From Scyliorhinus canicula (taxonomy: Eukaryota): DNA of 64,000 bases. The stretch covers positions 1,454,527 through 1,518,526 of the forward strand of contig NW_024055498.1 of NCBI RefSeq assembly GCF_902713615.1. The letters are read 5' to 3'. The position numbers and the translations under genes were made by a program. The notes under the pieces are model-generated. The model was given only the letters and a program-made list of their open reading frames with translations. It did no database searches and was not told where the DNA came from. This document shows, piece by piece, positions 48,976-63,500 of the stretch (within the stretch, counting starts at the first letter, position 1; every line of letters begins with the position of its first letter).

Positions 48976-49554
48976 ACGGAATAGTTTAGACAAGCAGAGC
49001 GTTACTAAAGCTGTCCTTGGAATTCTGATGGGACACGAGGAATGGAGAGGTCTGGGACAAATATCTTAATGTCTGTGTCATATATGAAAAGTGGGGAAAA
49101 TTGATGTTCAGGTGATTATATAGGGGCTGGTTTTGCACAGGGCTAAATTGCTGGCTTTGAAAGCAGACCAAGCAGGCCAGCAGCACGGTTCGATTCCCGT
49201 ACCAGCCTCCCCGAACAGGCGCCGGAATGTGGCGACTAGGGGCTTTTCACAGTAACTTCATTTGAAGCCTACTCGTGACAATAAGCGATTTTCATTTCAT
49301 TAAAGGGGCAGGAGCAGAATGTGTAGAACAGTGACTAAGGGACAGAATACAGTGTAGATGTTAACAATTGTTTCAGATTGGGTGGGGTACAGAGTGTTAT
49401 TCTCCAGTGGGTAATATTAGCAGCACTGCTTTTTCTGTTATATATTAATAGACAGGACTCGGAACTCGGGTTCACAGGATATCAATTGAAATGTTGCATT
49501 TGTCTCCCAAATTGACAATGTAGTAAACAGGGAAGACGATTACATACATAGATA

Positions 49555-52330
49555 CATAGAAGTTCGGAGAAGGAGGAGGCCTTTTGGCCCTTCGAGCCTG
49601 CTCCGCCATTTATCACGATCATGGCTGATCATCCAACTCAATAGCCTAATCCAGCTTTCTCCCCATAGCCTTTGATCCCATTCTCCCCAAGTGCTATATC
49701 TTGCCGCCTCTTGAACATATTCAATGTTTTAGAATCAACTATTTCCTGTGGTAATGAATTCCACAGGCTCGCCACTCTTTGGGTGAAGAAATGTCTCCTC
49801 ATCTCTGTCCAAAATGAATCCTGAATCCTTAGGCTGTGACCTCTGGTTCTGGACACACCTATCATCGGTAACATCTTCCCTGCATCTACATTGTCTCGTC
49901 CTGCGGGAATTGTATCAGTCTCTATGGGATCCCCACTCATTCTTCTGAACTCCATCGAGAACAATCCTTACATAGTCAATCTCTCCTCATATGACACTCC
50001 CGCCTTCCCTGGTGTTGTAACAAGGATGCGTCCAGCCTGGCTGCAACAGGTCACTGTTTTTTTCATGTACACAGGCAGATAGGTGGCAGCTAAAATTCAA
50101 TGCTGAGAAGTAATGTATTAAATCTAAATATTGGGGGGAGGGCGGTCGGTTGCATGAAAAATTAGAAAACCAAAGTTAAAAGAGAAGGTGAGAGTGCAGG
50201 GTAATGATCAGGACATTAACCGAGTAAAACGGGCCGAGGGCTTAGGGGAGGTTAGTAAAGTTTCCTGAACACGTACTAGAGTACGGAGTACGGATAGAGG
50301 CGTGTATGCAACTTCAGGCACAGCAGAAAAAGGGACAACGATGAGAAGGGATGGTCAACGCAGAACTGAGGGTGTTGTACCTAAATGTGGGCAGTATACG
50401 GAACAAGGTAAATGAACTCATTGCACACATTGAAATTGGCATGCATGGAAAAAGGGGGCGGGGTTACATTGTGAGTATGGAATGAAATTAACTCGATAGC
50501 AAGAAGCAATTAAGAGTCCGAAGGTGTAGAAGAGTTGACGAATCGCAAAGGAAAAAAGACCCTGATGTGAGGTATGTACAGGCCCCTAGCCGTAGTCAGA
50601 ATGTGGGGCACAATATCAATCAGCAGATAGAAAAGGCACATAAGAGAGGAAATATTATAATAATCATGGGGGCTTCAATATAGAGGAGGACAGGGAAAGT
50701 CAGTTTGGTAGCAGATCCCAAGAAAAGGAATTTTGTGAAATATCGACGAGATTTTTTTTGGAGCAGCTTGTGATAGATCCCAGTTGGGAACAGGTAATTC
50801 TGCATTTGGTGATGTATAATGAGACTTGAGTAGGGAATTTAAGATGAAGGACCACTCACGGGCAATGACAACAATATGATAGAATTCACCCTGCAGTTTG
50901 GGAGGTAGAAGCTGTAATGAAATGTAACGGTATTCCAATTGAATAAAGGTAACTACAAAGATAAAGGGAAGAGCTGGCCAGGTTTGATTGGAAAGGGAGC
51001 CCAGCAGGGAAGACAGTGGAACAGCAGTGGCAGGACGTTTTGGGGATTATTCACGAGGCACTGCAAAAATTAATCCCAAGGAGGAGGAACCATGCTGAAG
51101 GGAGGACAGGGCATCCATGGTTGAAAAGGGAAGTCAAGGACAGCAGAAAAGCAAAGGAATAAGCATGCAATGTGGCGAAGATTAATGGGATGTCGGAGGA
51201 TCCGGAAGCCTTTAAAGGCTGATGTAATGTAAAAGCTAATAAAGATTTTATTATTACCTTTGAACTGAGGGCACTGATGCTACGTTTTCAGATGATGCTC
51301 AGATACGTAGAGGGACAGATGGTGCTGAGGAAGCAGAGAGGCTGCAGAAAGACCTGGTCAGGCTAAGAGAGTGTGAAAAGCAGTGGAAGATGGAATACAA
51401 TGTAGAAAAGTGTGAGGTTCTGCATTTTGGAGGAAACAGAGAGTATTTTCTAATTGGGGTAGAGCTTATGAAATCAGAAGCTCAAATGCACTTAGGATTT
51501 CTAGTTGACGATTCTCTTAAGGTTAACATGCAAGTTCAGTTGGCAGCTTGGAAGACAAATGCAAGGTTAGCATTCATGTCGCGAGGGCTATATTACAAGA
51601 GCAGAGATGTAACTGTTGAGGCTCTGTAAGGCTCTGATCAGACCCCATTTGGAAAATTGTGAGCAGTTTTGGTCGCCTTATCTAAGAAACGATGTGCTGG
51701 CCTTGGAGAAGCTCCAGAGGAGATTCACAAGACTGATCCTCGGAATGACGGACTTGTCATATGAGGAGCGGTTGAGGACTCTGGGTCTGTGCTGGATAGA
51801 GTTTAGAAGGATGAGGCGCCGTGTGGGGAGTGGGGCGCGGGGCGGGGAGTGGGGGTGGGGTCACACTGAAACTTACAGAATAGCGAGAGGCCTAGTAGGT
51901 GAAACTAGAACCCGAGGGCACAGCCTCAGATTTAAGGGACGATCCTTCAAAACTGAGAAGAGGATACATTTATTCAGGCAGGGGGTCTTGAATCTGTGGA
52001 ACTCATTCCCGCAGAAGGCTGTGGAGGCCAAATCACTGAGTGTCTATAAGATAGAGGCAGACAGGTTATTGATTAATAAGGGGGCCACGGATTATGGGGA
52101 GAAGGCGGGAAAATGAGGATTAGAAACATAACAGTCATGATTGAATGCGGAGCAGACTCGATGGACTGAAAGGCCGGGTTCTGCTACTATGTTTTATGAT
52201 TTTATGGTAGGAAGACAATCTATGGACGATATTAGAATAGATAGGTGCTTGATTGTCGTTGCAGAAATGATCGGTGGAAGGGCATCTTTCTATACTGTAA
52301 AACTCTCAGACTCCATGGCCCTATGACAGA
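49555..52330. mobile_element. Cluster of decayed CR1 LINE fragments (minus at 49555-50010; plus at about 50330-52230)
   Basis: EFRRMSGD, RPHLENCEQFWSPYL and MEYNVEKCEVLHFG motifs, interrupted by stops and frameshifts. Confidence 0.8.
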
Positions 52331-52350
52331 GTCCAAAGCAATGATCACTA

Positions 52351-53680
52351 ATACAAAGAACAAAGAAAATTACAGCACAGGAACAGGCCCTTCGGCCCTC
52401 CCAGCCTGCGCCGATCCAGATCCTTTACCTAAACCTGTCGCCTATTTTCCAAGGATCTACTTCCCTCTATTCCCGCCCGTTCATATACCTGTCTAGATGC
52501 CTCTTAAATGATGCTATTGTGCCCGCCTCTACCACCTCCGCTGGCAAAGCATTCCAGGCACCCACCACCCTCTGCGTAAAACACTTTCCATGCACATCTC
52601 CTTTAAACTTTCCCCCTCTCACCTTGAAATCGTGACCCCTTGTAATTGACACCCCCACTCTTGGAAAAAGCTTGTTGCTATCCACCCTGTCCATACCTCT
52701 CATAATTTTGTAGACCTCAATCAGGTCCCCCCTCAACCTCCGTCTTTCCAACGAAAACAATCCTAATCTACTCAACCTATCTTCATAGCTTGCACCCTCC
52801 ATACCAGGCAACATCCTGGTGAACCTCCTCTGCACCCTCTCTAAAGCATCCACACCCTTCCGGTAATGTGGCGACCAGAACTGCACGCAGTATTCCAAAT
52901 GTGGCCTCACCAAAGTCCTATACAACTGTAACATGACCTGCCGACTCTTGTACTCTATACCCCGTCCGATGAAGGCAAACATGCTGTATGCCTTCTTGAC
53001 CACTCTATCGACCTGCGTTGCCAACTTCAGGGTACAATGGACCTGAACTCCCAGATCTCTCTGTACATCAATTTTCCCCAGGACTCTTCCATTGACCATA
53101 TAGTCCGCTCTTGAATTAGATCTTCCAAAATACATCACCTCGCATTTGCCTAGATTGAACTCCATATGCCATTTCTCTGCCCAACTCTCCAATCTAACAA
53201 TATTTTGATGTATTCTCTGACAGTCCTCCTCGCTATCTGCAACTCCACCAATCTTAGTATCATCTACAAACATGCTAATCACACCACCTATACCTTCGTC
53301 CAGATCATTTATGTATATCAAAAACAACAGTGGTCCAAGCACGGATCCCTGTGGAACACCACTAGTCACCTTTCTCCATTTTGAGACACTCCCTTCCAGC
53401 ACTACTCTCTGTCTCCTGTTGCCCAGCCAGTTCTTTATCCATCTGGCTAGTACACCCTGAACACCATACTTTTACCATCAACCTGCCATGGGAAACTTTA
53501 TCAAACGCCTTACTGAAGTCCATGTATATGACATCTACAGCCTTTCACTCATTAATTAACTTTGTCACTTCCTCAAAGAATACTATTAGGTTTGTAAGAC
53601 ATGACCTTCCCTGCACAAAACCATGCTGCCTATCACTGATAAATCTATTTTCTTCCAAATGTGAATAGATCCTATCCCTC
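52351..53680 (-). mobile_element. CR1 LINE, RT to 3' end
   Basis: GVPQGSVLGPLLFLIYINDL, FVDDTK and full C-terminus in a 311-aa ORF. Confidence 0.93.
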
Positions 53681-53904
53681 AGGGGTACAGGGTGTAGATG
53701 AACCTAAATTGAGATTTAAATGAAATGAAATGAAAATCGCTTATTATCACGAGTAGGCTTCAATGAAGTTACTGTGAAAAGCCCCTAGTCGCCACATTCC
53801 GGCGCCTGTCCGGGGAAGCTGGCACGGGAATTGAACCGTGCTGCTGGCCTACTTGGTCTGCTTCAAAAGCCAGCGATTTAGCCCAGTGAGCTAAACCAGC
53901 TCCT

Positions 53905-54900
53905 GAGTCCCATGCAGTGATTACTGATACAGGGTCTAGATTAACATAAACAGAGACAGGTTCGAGTGCAGCGATTACTGATACAAAGTTTCATTAACTT
54001 AAATGAGATAGGATCTAAAGCAGTGATTATTCATACAGTATCTAGAATATTATAAACTGAGGTAGGGTCTATTGCAGTCATTCCTGGTCAAGGTCTGGAT
54101 TAATATACGTGTAAATAGTTGATTAAAAATGTGGTTGATGAGGCCGGTAATGGGATGATTTTAATAAGGGAATTGAGGTAACGAGGAGTAGGGAATGAAT
54201 ACCAGAGCTGAGGACCGAGACATATGAAGATATCGCAAAATCAACCAAATAATTCTGAAGATAACAATACGCCTTGATCGATTGGAGTTGCAAAAATTAA
54301 GAAAAATGTTTCACATGCATACCTACACAAACGGCCAATACGCTTTTGCAGCCATTTTAGTTGCTCTTCTTAACCAGATGAGTGTTGTATGATTGGGTGG
54401 ACATTTCTCCTATGGGTGCCCACCATTACCATCGTGGCGATACTGTGAGAACACGGTTCTGTCTAACTCTGCCAGTGCACAGGTGATCGGTTAATATAAA
54501 TCGAGGCAGGAAAATAATCATCATCGTGAAAAAAAACTTTCCAATCGATAGAGTATAACACAAGAGTAAATTCATCATTTTGAACAAAACAGAGATTTCC
54601 ACAAAATTTTGGAAATTGCAGTGCACCGGTGTTCACATGTAGACATGTCTCTCAAGACCAATTCATTATTGGGATAGTGGTAAAGTATTCAACTCAATAT
54701 TGCCCACATGATAGCAGAGGAAATACACATTTAATACAACTACTTATAGATATTAACATGAATTAACATAATCTCAAAATCAACGATGATTGCACTTGGA
54801 GAAACAAGCAAACATGTCCAATAATTTATAATATCCAGACAGGTAACAGGAACATGGTCCGGTGTAATATCAACAGAGACAGGCCTTGGTGTAATGTGAA
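53905..54900 (+). repeat. Older segmental duplication, paired with about 62920-63880
   Basis: Collinear diverged match (e.g. gaattgaggta..gaggagtagggaatgaataccagagct at 54170/63178). It continues as 55735-55770 and 56020-56090 versus 63895-64000. Confidence 0.8.
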
Positions 54901-57499
54901 GATACAAATTCCTGTGGAATATCATAGAGGCGGAACTTAATGTGATCTAATCCTATGTATGTTCTAGCGTATTATTAATTGAGTGCAGCACAAACAGTAC
55001 AGTGTAGTATAGACAGGGACAGGGGTTACTTTAATAGAGATAAAGACAGGGTCTCATTTAACATGAGAATAAACAGATTTGATGTAATACAGTGACAGAG
55101 AAAATAGAGCTGGGGTAGACCATTCTGCCCTTCGAGCCTGCTCCGCTATTCATTATGATCATGGCTGATCATCCACCTTAGTAACCTGTTCCCACTTTCC
55201 CCCATATCATTTGGTCCCTTCAGAGTTTTGATCCCCAAGAGCTTTATCCAACTCCTCCTTGAAAACATACAATACTTTGGAGTCAACGTCGTTCTGTGGT
55301 AGAGAATTCAACAGGTTCACAACTCCCAGGGTGAAGATATTACTCCTCATCTCAGTATTAAATGGTTTACCCCGTATCCTTAGATTGTGACCCCTGGTTC
55401 TACCTTCCCCGCCATCGGACACATCCTTTCTGCATCTTCCCTGTCCAGTCCTTTTACAATTTGATAGGTTTATAATGAGGGGGAAATTAATATTTCATAA
55501 ATTAGTGTCTTCTGATTTCTGACCCTCCTGCCAGTGAATCAACTTTATTCCTAATTAATCAAACAAAGCCATTCATAATTTTGACCATTTTTACCACGCC
55601 TCCCAAAAACTGCTCGGTTCGAAGGAAAACAATCCGAGCTTCCAACCAATGTGACCGTGCAGCTCATGCAGTGTGAAGACCCAGTTGTATATATGTTTCT
55701 GCCTTGCTTGTGTTCAGATGCTATTTTTGGAATTACTGACATTTTATATGGAGCCAGTGGAATTACCGCTCACTATTACCATCGTGTCCGAATTAGACAC
55801 AAGACGGGGGCAGCATGGTCATGCAGTTGTTCGCACTGCTGCCTCACGGTGCCGAGGTACCAGGTTCGATCCCGACTCTCGGTCCCTGACTGCGTGAAGT
55901 TTGCACATCCTCCCCGTGTCTGCGTGGGTTTCACCCCCAAAACCCGAAGATGTACAGGGTAGGTGGATTGGCTGCGCTAAATTGCCCCTTGATTTGGAAA
56001 AAATTAATTGGGTACTCTAAATTTATAACAAGAATAAGACACAAGACGAAGAAAAGACTAGCCTCTGAAAATTAAATTGACCCATGTAAGGCTGCACCCA
56101 GAATAAGAACTTTAGATACACTGAGCAATATTTCAGAATGTAATGTCAACATGCAAACCATGATAGGTTAACAGTCTTGTCTCAGTGGAATCAATATCAC
56201 TTCTCATAACAGATACCTGAGCCCATGACCCAGATGTGATCCAATGCACGAGTATTTTATGTTTCAGTTGTTCCATCTTTTAGATGTGATGATATTACAG
56301 TCCTAGGGGTGCTTCGCAATATATTACTGGACTGGTAATCTGGAGGCATAAACTATAAATCCAGAGACTCGAATACAAATTCCACCAGGGCATATTGCAA
56401 TGATGTGAGCAGCTTTGGTCTCCTCACCTCAGGATAGATATTTTGGAGGCAGTCCAGAGAAGGTTCATTAGGTTAATCCCGGGTGTGGATGGATTTTCAT
56501 CGGTAGCTGGAATTTCACAGCACAAAAAGAGGTTCTTCAGCACATCGCTACTGCGCCTGTCATCAAATAGAGAGGAATCCGGCCGTGGAAAGTCTTGAAA
56601 CACAGACCTCTCGGTTTGCAGTGAAAAACGTTGACCAATTGCACCACAGAGACTGACATGAGGAGAGTCTAAGTTGGGAAGACCTACACGCATTGGTGTT
56701 TTGAAGAATGAGAGGCGAACTTACTGAGATATGTAGTATTTTCAAGGAGCTTGACAGTGTGGATGCTCGAGGTTGTTTCTGCTTGTGGGAGAGTCTGGGG
56801 CCGTAGGGCACCATCTCAGATTAAGGTGTCGCTCATTTCAGACGTGGATGAAGAGGAATTTCGTCTCTCAGAGGGGAGTGATTCTATGGTGCAGAGAATT
56901 GGAGAGGCCGGGTCAATAAATATGTCCAAGACTGTGACAGACATATTTTCATTAGTCAGGGAATCAAGGATTATGGGGATAAGGCGGAAAAGTAGAGTTG
57001 AGGATTTATTAGATCAGCCACGATCTCATTGAATGGCAGATCATATTCCATGGGCCGAATGGCCAACTTCTGCTCCTACATCTTATAGTTTGAAAATGAA
57101 AATCGCTTATTGTCACGACTAGGCTTCAATGAAGTTACTGTGAAAAGCCCCTAGTCGCCACACTCCGACACCTGGCCGGGGAGGCTGGTACGGGAATTGA
57201 ACCATGCTGCTGGCCTGTTTGGTCTGCTTTAAAAAGCAGCGAATTAGCCCAGTGAGCTAAACCAGCCGCTGGTTTTATGGCAGCTGGGGGACTTTCAATT
57301 GAATGAATTAATAAATCAGAAATAAAATTGTTGCGTCATTCATAATACTCATGAAGCTAGCGAAATTTTCCAAAGGCCAGCAGGTTCACCAATATCCTTC
57401 AGGAGAAGAAATCTTCCCTGCTTACCCTATCTCTGATATTGCCGAGCAGGCCAATCAGTTCAAGGTCTGCTGCCACAGAAAGTCAGATGTGAATTCAAC

Positions 57500-60400
57500 C
57501 GGGATGGTGCAGGCGGGAGGGATTCAGATTTCTGGATAACTGGGGCTCTTTCTGGGGAAGGTGGGACCTCGATAGACAGGATGGTCTACATCTGAACCTA
57601 GGGGGGGGAGATTTGTTAGTATACTTTGGGGGGGTTTAAACTAATTCAGCAGGGGCATGGGAATCTGGATTGTAGTTTTGGGGTACGGGTGATTGAGAGT
57701 AGAGAGGTCAGGAGCACAGATTTGACTTCGCAGGAGGGCGCCAGTGTTCAGGTCGGTGGTTTGAAGTGTGTCTATTTCAATGCCAGGAGTATACGAAATA
57801 AGGTAGGGGAACTGGCAGCATGGGTTGGTACCTGGGACTTCGATGCTGTGGCCATTTCAGAGACATGGATAGAGCAGGGACAGGAATGGTTGTTGCAGGT
57901 TCCGGGGTTTAGGTATTTTAGTAAGGTCAGAGAAGGGGGCAAAAGAGGGGGAGGTGTGGCGCTGCTGGTCAAGGACAGTATTACGGTGGCAGAAAGGATG
58001 CAAGATGGGGACTCTTCTTCCGATGTAGTATGGGCTGAGGTTAGAAACAGGAAAGGAGAGGTCACACTGCTGGGAGTTTTCTATAGGCCACCTAATAGTT
58101 CTAGAGATGTAGAGGAAAGGATGGCGAAGATGATTCTGGAAAAGAGCGAAAGTAACAGGGTAGTTGTTATGGGAGACTTTAACTTTCCTAATATTGACTG
58201 GAAAAGATATAGTTCGAGTACATTGGATGGGTCGTTCTTTGTACAATGTGTGCAGGAGGGTTTTCTGACACAATATGTTGACAGGCCAACAAAAGGTGAG
58301 GCCACTTTGGATTTGATTTTGGGTAATGAACCAGGCCAGGTGTTAGATCTGGAGGTAGGTGAACACTTTGGAGACAGTGACCACAATTCGGTGACCTTTA
58401 CATTAGTGATGGAAAGGGATAAGTATACCCCGCAGGGCAAGAGTTATAGCTGGGGGAAGGGCAATTATGATGCCATTAGACATGACTTAGGATGTGTAGG
58501 TTGGAGAAGTAGGGTGCAAGGGTTGGGCACACTGCATATGTGGAACTTGTTCAAGGAACAGCTATTGCGTGTTCTTGATCAGTACGTACCAGTCAGACAG
58601 GGAGGAAAGGGTAGAGCGAGGGAACCGTGGTTTACCAAAGAAGTGGAATCTCTTGTTAAGAGGAAAAAGGAAGCCTATGTGAAGATGAGGCGTGAAGTTT
58701 CAGTTGGGGCGCTTGATAGTTACAGGGAAGCGAGGAAGGATCTAAAGAGAGAGCTAAGACGAGCAAGGAGGGGACATGAGAAGTCTTTGGCAGGTAGGAT
58801 CAAGGAAAACCCAAAAGCTTTCTATAGGTATGTCATAATAAAAGAATGACTAGGGTAAGAGTAGGGCCAGTCAAGGACAGTGGTGGGAAGTTGTGTGTGG
58901 AGGCTGAGGAGATAAGCGAGATACTAAATGAATACTTTTCGTCAGTATTCACTCAGGAGAAGATAATATTGTGGAGGAGAATGCTGAGACCCAGGCTAAT
59001 AGAATAGATGGCATTGAGGTGCGTAGGGAAGACGTGTTGGCAATTCTGGACAAGGTGAAAATAGATAAGTCCCCGGGGCCTGGTGGGATTTATCCTAGGA
59101 TTCTCTGGGAAGCCAGGGAAGAGATTGCTGAGCCCTTGGCTTTGATTTTTAGGTCATCATTGGCTACAGGAATAGTGCCAGAGGACTGGAGGATAGCAAA
59201 TGTGGTCCCTTTGTTCAAGAAGGGGAGTAGAGATAACCCCGGTAACTATAGGCCGGTGAGCCTAACGTCTGTGTTGGGTAAAGTCTTGGAGAGGATTATA
59301 AAAGATACGATTTATAATCATCTAGATAGGAATAATATGATTAGGGATAGTCAGCCATGGTGTTGTGAAGGGTAGGTCATGCCTCATAAACCTTATCGAG
59401 TTCTTTGAGAAGGTGACTGAACAGGTGGATGAGGGTAGAGCAGTTGATGTGGTGCATATGGATTTCAGTAAAGCGTTTGATAAGGTTCCCCACGGTCGGC
59501 TATTGCAGAAAATACGGAGGCTGGGGATTGAGGGTGATTTAGAGATGTGGATCAGAAATTTGCTAGTTGAAAGAAGACAGAGAGTGGTGGTTAATGGGAA
59601 ATGTTCAGAATGGAGTTCAGTTATGACTGGCGTACCACAAGGATCTGTTCTGGGGCCGTTGCTGTTTGTCATTTTTATAAATGACCTAGAGGAGGGCGCA
59701 GAAGAATGGGTGAGTAAATTTGCAGACGACACTAAAGTCGGTGGAGTTGTAGACAGTGCGGAAGGATGTTGCAGGTTACAGAGGGACATAGATAAGCTGC
59801 AGAGCTGGGCTGAGAGGTGGCAAATGGAGTTTGATGTGGAGAAGTGTGAGGTGATTCACTTTGGAAAGAATAACAGGAATGAGGAATATTTGGCTAATGG
59901 TAAAATTCTTGGTAGTGTGGATGAGCAGAGGGATCTCGGTGTCCATGTACATAGATCCCTGAAAGTTGCCACCCAGGTTGATAGGGTTATGAAGAAGGCC
60001 TATGGTGTGATGGCCTTTATTGGTAGAGGGATTGAGTTCCGGAGCCATGAGGTCATGTTGCAGTTGTACAAAACTCTCGTACGGCCGCATTTGGAGTATT
60101 GCGTACAGTTCTGGTCGCCTCATTTTCGGAAGGACGTGGAAGCTTTGGAACGGGTGCAGAGGAGATTTACAAGGATGTTGCCTGGTATGGCTGATGGACT
60201 TGAGGTTGTTTTCGTTAGAGAGAAGAAGGTTAAGAGGTGACTTAATAGAGGCATACAAAATGATCAGAGGGTTAGATTGGGTGGACAGCGAGAGCCTTCT
60301 CCCGCGGATGGAGGTGGCTAGCACGAGGGGACATAGCCTTAAATTGAGGGGTAATAGGTATAGGACAGAGGTCAGAGGTGGGTTTTTTACGCAAAGAGTG

Positions 60401-60595
60401 GTGAGGCCGTGGAATGCCCTACCTGCAACAGTAGTGAACTCGCCAACATTGAGGGCATTTAAAAGTTTACTGGATAAGCACATGGATGATAAGGGCATAG
60501 TGTAGGTTAGATGGCCTTTAGTTTTTTCCATGTTGGTGCAACATCAAGGGCCGAAGGGCCTGTACTGCGCTGTATAGTTCTATGTTCTATGTTCT
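57500..60595 (+). mobile_element. Near full-length CR1 LINE (ORF1 esterase tail, ORF2 endonuclease + RT), frameshifted
   Basis: DGLHL-type ORF1 end, APE endonuclease (YFNARSI, ISETW, GDFN, SDH), RT (GVPQGSVLGP, FADDTK) and a (TTCTATG)n tail. Confidence 0.93.
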
Positions 60596-63500
60596 AAGTG
60601 CACCTTATCTAAAAGGTGGTTCACATCCGGCTTCTCAGGATGGACAGTTAATGCTGACTTTGCCAGTGAGGGCTATATTCCGAGAATGAATGTTAAAAAC
60701 TGTGCAAAGTGCTGCAGATTCCGGAAATGTAAAACAAAAACAAAACAAAAGGCTGCTCAGCAGGTCAGTGAGCAGAGAGAGGAACAGATTCACATTTCAG
60801 GCATAATTGTAAAGAGTAGAGCTGCTTTTCCCAGTATCTTGGACCAACATCCGTTCTTGAACTAAAATCACAGATTAGCTGGTCACTTATCACATCTCAG
60901 TTTGTGGGAGCTTGCTGTGCGCAAATTCTCCGCTCTGTTTCCGACATTACAGCAGTGACTAAATTCAACTAAAATACATCAGTGAGTTTTAAGGGCGTTG
61001 GGGTGACCTGAAGTCGGGTAAAGCGTTTTACAAAAGCAAGCTCTTTTCAAACGTTTACATTTTAAAATGCAGGTTGCAATATGTTGAAAGATCTGAGATT
61101 AACGTGACTATGGGTCACTCCTCTGCCAGATGTTTTAATTTATCTCCTTTAAATCGGTTAATGTTTCAATTAAATTAATATTCAGTGGAATAACAGCCTG
61201 GTTAAAGATGATTTATTAATTGAGGCATCAGAACTTTCAGAATTAATACTTAATTTAAATTTATTTTTTCATTTCAATTAAGTAACATCTGTTCTAATGG
61301 ATGTTTCTATACGTTTCAACCAACTGTCAATATTCTTAAAATAAACCGCTATTTTAAGTTGAACCTAATCAATAAATGACTGTTTATCTCGTTTTGTTGA
61401 TGCAAACAGTTCATTGTAACCAGTGAGGCGTTTATGTAAATAAACACAGAAATAGAAGTCTCAGATTAGATTATACACTGACAAAAGCACAACAACTATT
61501 TCCCCACCGACACAGCACAGAAATAGAGGCAAACGACGCAAATAGATCAACGGATTCCAGTAATGATTGTTTTTGACATTTGATTCTTCATCAGTTATAT
61601 GAGAAAAAGGTCATCATGATATCCATGTTCAGAATTAGGAAAGATTCCCTCTAATCTCGAAATATAGTTACATGCAAAATATGTTCATAAAGTTTTCCAG
61701 TTCTCCTGCATCTGATACCTGTCCCTTTTTCCTATCTGGTTCTGTCTCATGTCTCTCCACAATGGGTCATTGCCTTTAATCGACAACATGACAATTGACA
61801 ACTGTGTGGAGTCTGCACATCCTCCCAGTGTGTGCGTGGGTTTCCTCCGGGTGCTCCGGTTTCCTCCCACAGTCCAAAGATGTGCGGGTTAGGTGGATTG
61901 GCCATGCTAAATTGCCCGTAGTGTCCTAAAAAGTAAGGTTAAGGGGGGGGGGGGGTTGTTGGGTTACGGGTATAGGGTGGATACGTGGGTTTGAGTAGGG
62001 TGATCATTGCTCGGCACAACATCGAGGGCCGAAGGGCCTGTTCTGTGCTGTACTGTTCTATGTTCTACTGTTCTATGAAGTCAACATGTGCCGAATATAA
62101 TCTCTCAGCGCAATCTCACCCCATTGGCTTCCAACTAAATGGATCGAATCCAATTAATTGGAATACATAGAGGGAGTTTTACTCTAAAATGTGATTGGAG
62201 CATTCAATTACCCTGTAGTGTTTAATGAGAACTGTGGAGAAACATTTACCGTGTGTCTACCCTGAGCTGAAGAGGGTGGTGAGGATTTGATGTGGCAGTG
62301 CCAAAGGATCTTTCCCTCTTTCTAACCAGGCTAACAGAGATAGATAGTTTCTTGATTAATAAGGGATCAAGGGTTATGGCACGAAGGCAGGAGATAGACT
62401 TTTCGAAACATAATAGTCGTGATTGAATGTGGAGCGAACTCGATTGGCCTAATCGTCGAATTCTGCTCCTGTGTCTTATAGTTTTATGGTAAGAAGACAA
62501 TCTATGGACTATCTTAGAATAGATAGGTACCTGATTGCCATCGCAGATATGGTGGGTGACGGGCATCTTTCTGTATTGTAAACCTCTAACTCTCCATGAC
62601 TCTAAGACAAGGTCTAAAACGATTTTCACTCACATAGGGTGGAGATTAACCGAAACTAATCTAATAATATTTTTATCACAAGTAAGCTGACATTAACACT
62701 GCAATGAAGTCACTGTGAAAAGATCCCAGTTGCCACATTCCGCCGCCTGTTTGGGTACACAGACGGAGAATTCAGAATGTTCAAATTACCGAACAGCACA
62801 TCTTTCGGGACTTGTGGGAGGGAGCCGGAGCACCCAATGGAAACCCACAAAGACATGGGGCGAACGTGCCGACTCCGCATAGACTGGGACTCTGGCGCTG
62901 TGAAGCAATTGTGCTACTGAGATTGGATCTAGTGCAGTGATTACTGATGCAAGTTCAAGACTAACGTAAACCGAGACAGGTTCTCGTGCAGACGAGATTA
63001 CCCTTAAATGATATAGGATATAAAGCAGTGATTATTGATTCAGGGTCTGGAATATTATAAACTGAGGCATGCTCTATTGCAGTCATTCCTGCTGCAGGGT
63101 CTGGATTAATATATGTGTCAAGACTTATTAGGTCAGATGATTAAAAACTTGGTTATTTGGGATGATTGTATTAAGGGAATTGAGGTAAAGAGGAGTAGGG
63201 AATGAATACCAGAGCTTAGGGCCGAGACGCATGAAGACATCGCAAAGCGAAACAATTAATTCTGAACATAACTTAACGTCTTGATAAATTACAGTTGCAA
63301 AACCCAAGAACAATATTTTATATGCACACCTATGCGAACGGCCAATTCCTTTTTGAAGTGAAGTCACTTGCTCTTCTTAACCAGATGAGAGTTCTATGAT
63401 TGGGCGGACATTTATCCTGTGGGTGCCAATCTGGTGATTCTGTGAGAGCACTGTTCTGTCTAACACTGCCAGTATATTAGGCGTTTAGTGAATATAAAAC

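Noticed and set aside
57626-60240. Long ORFs as host genes (also 10616-11728, 52467-53402)
   Set aside because: All carry LINE endonuclease or RT motifs and element tails, and are broken by frameshifts.
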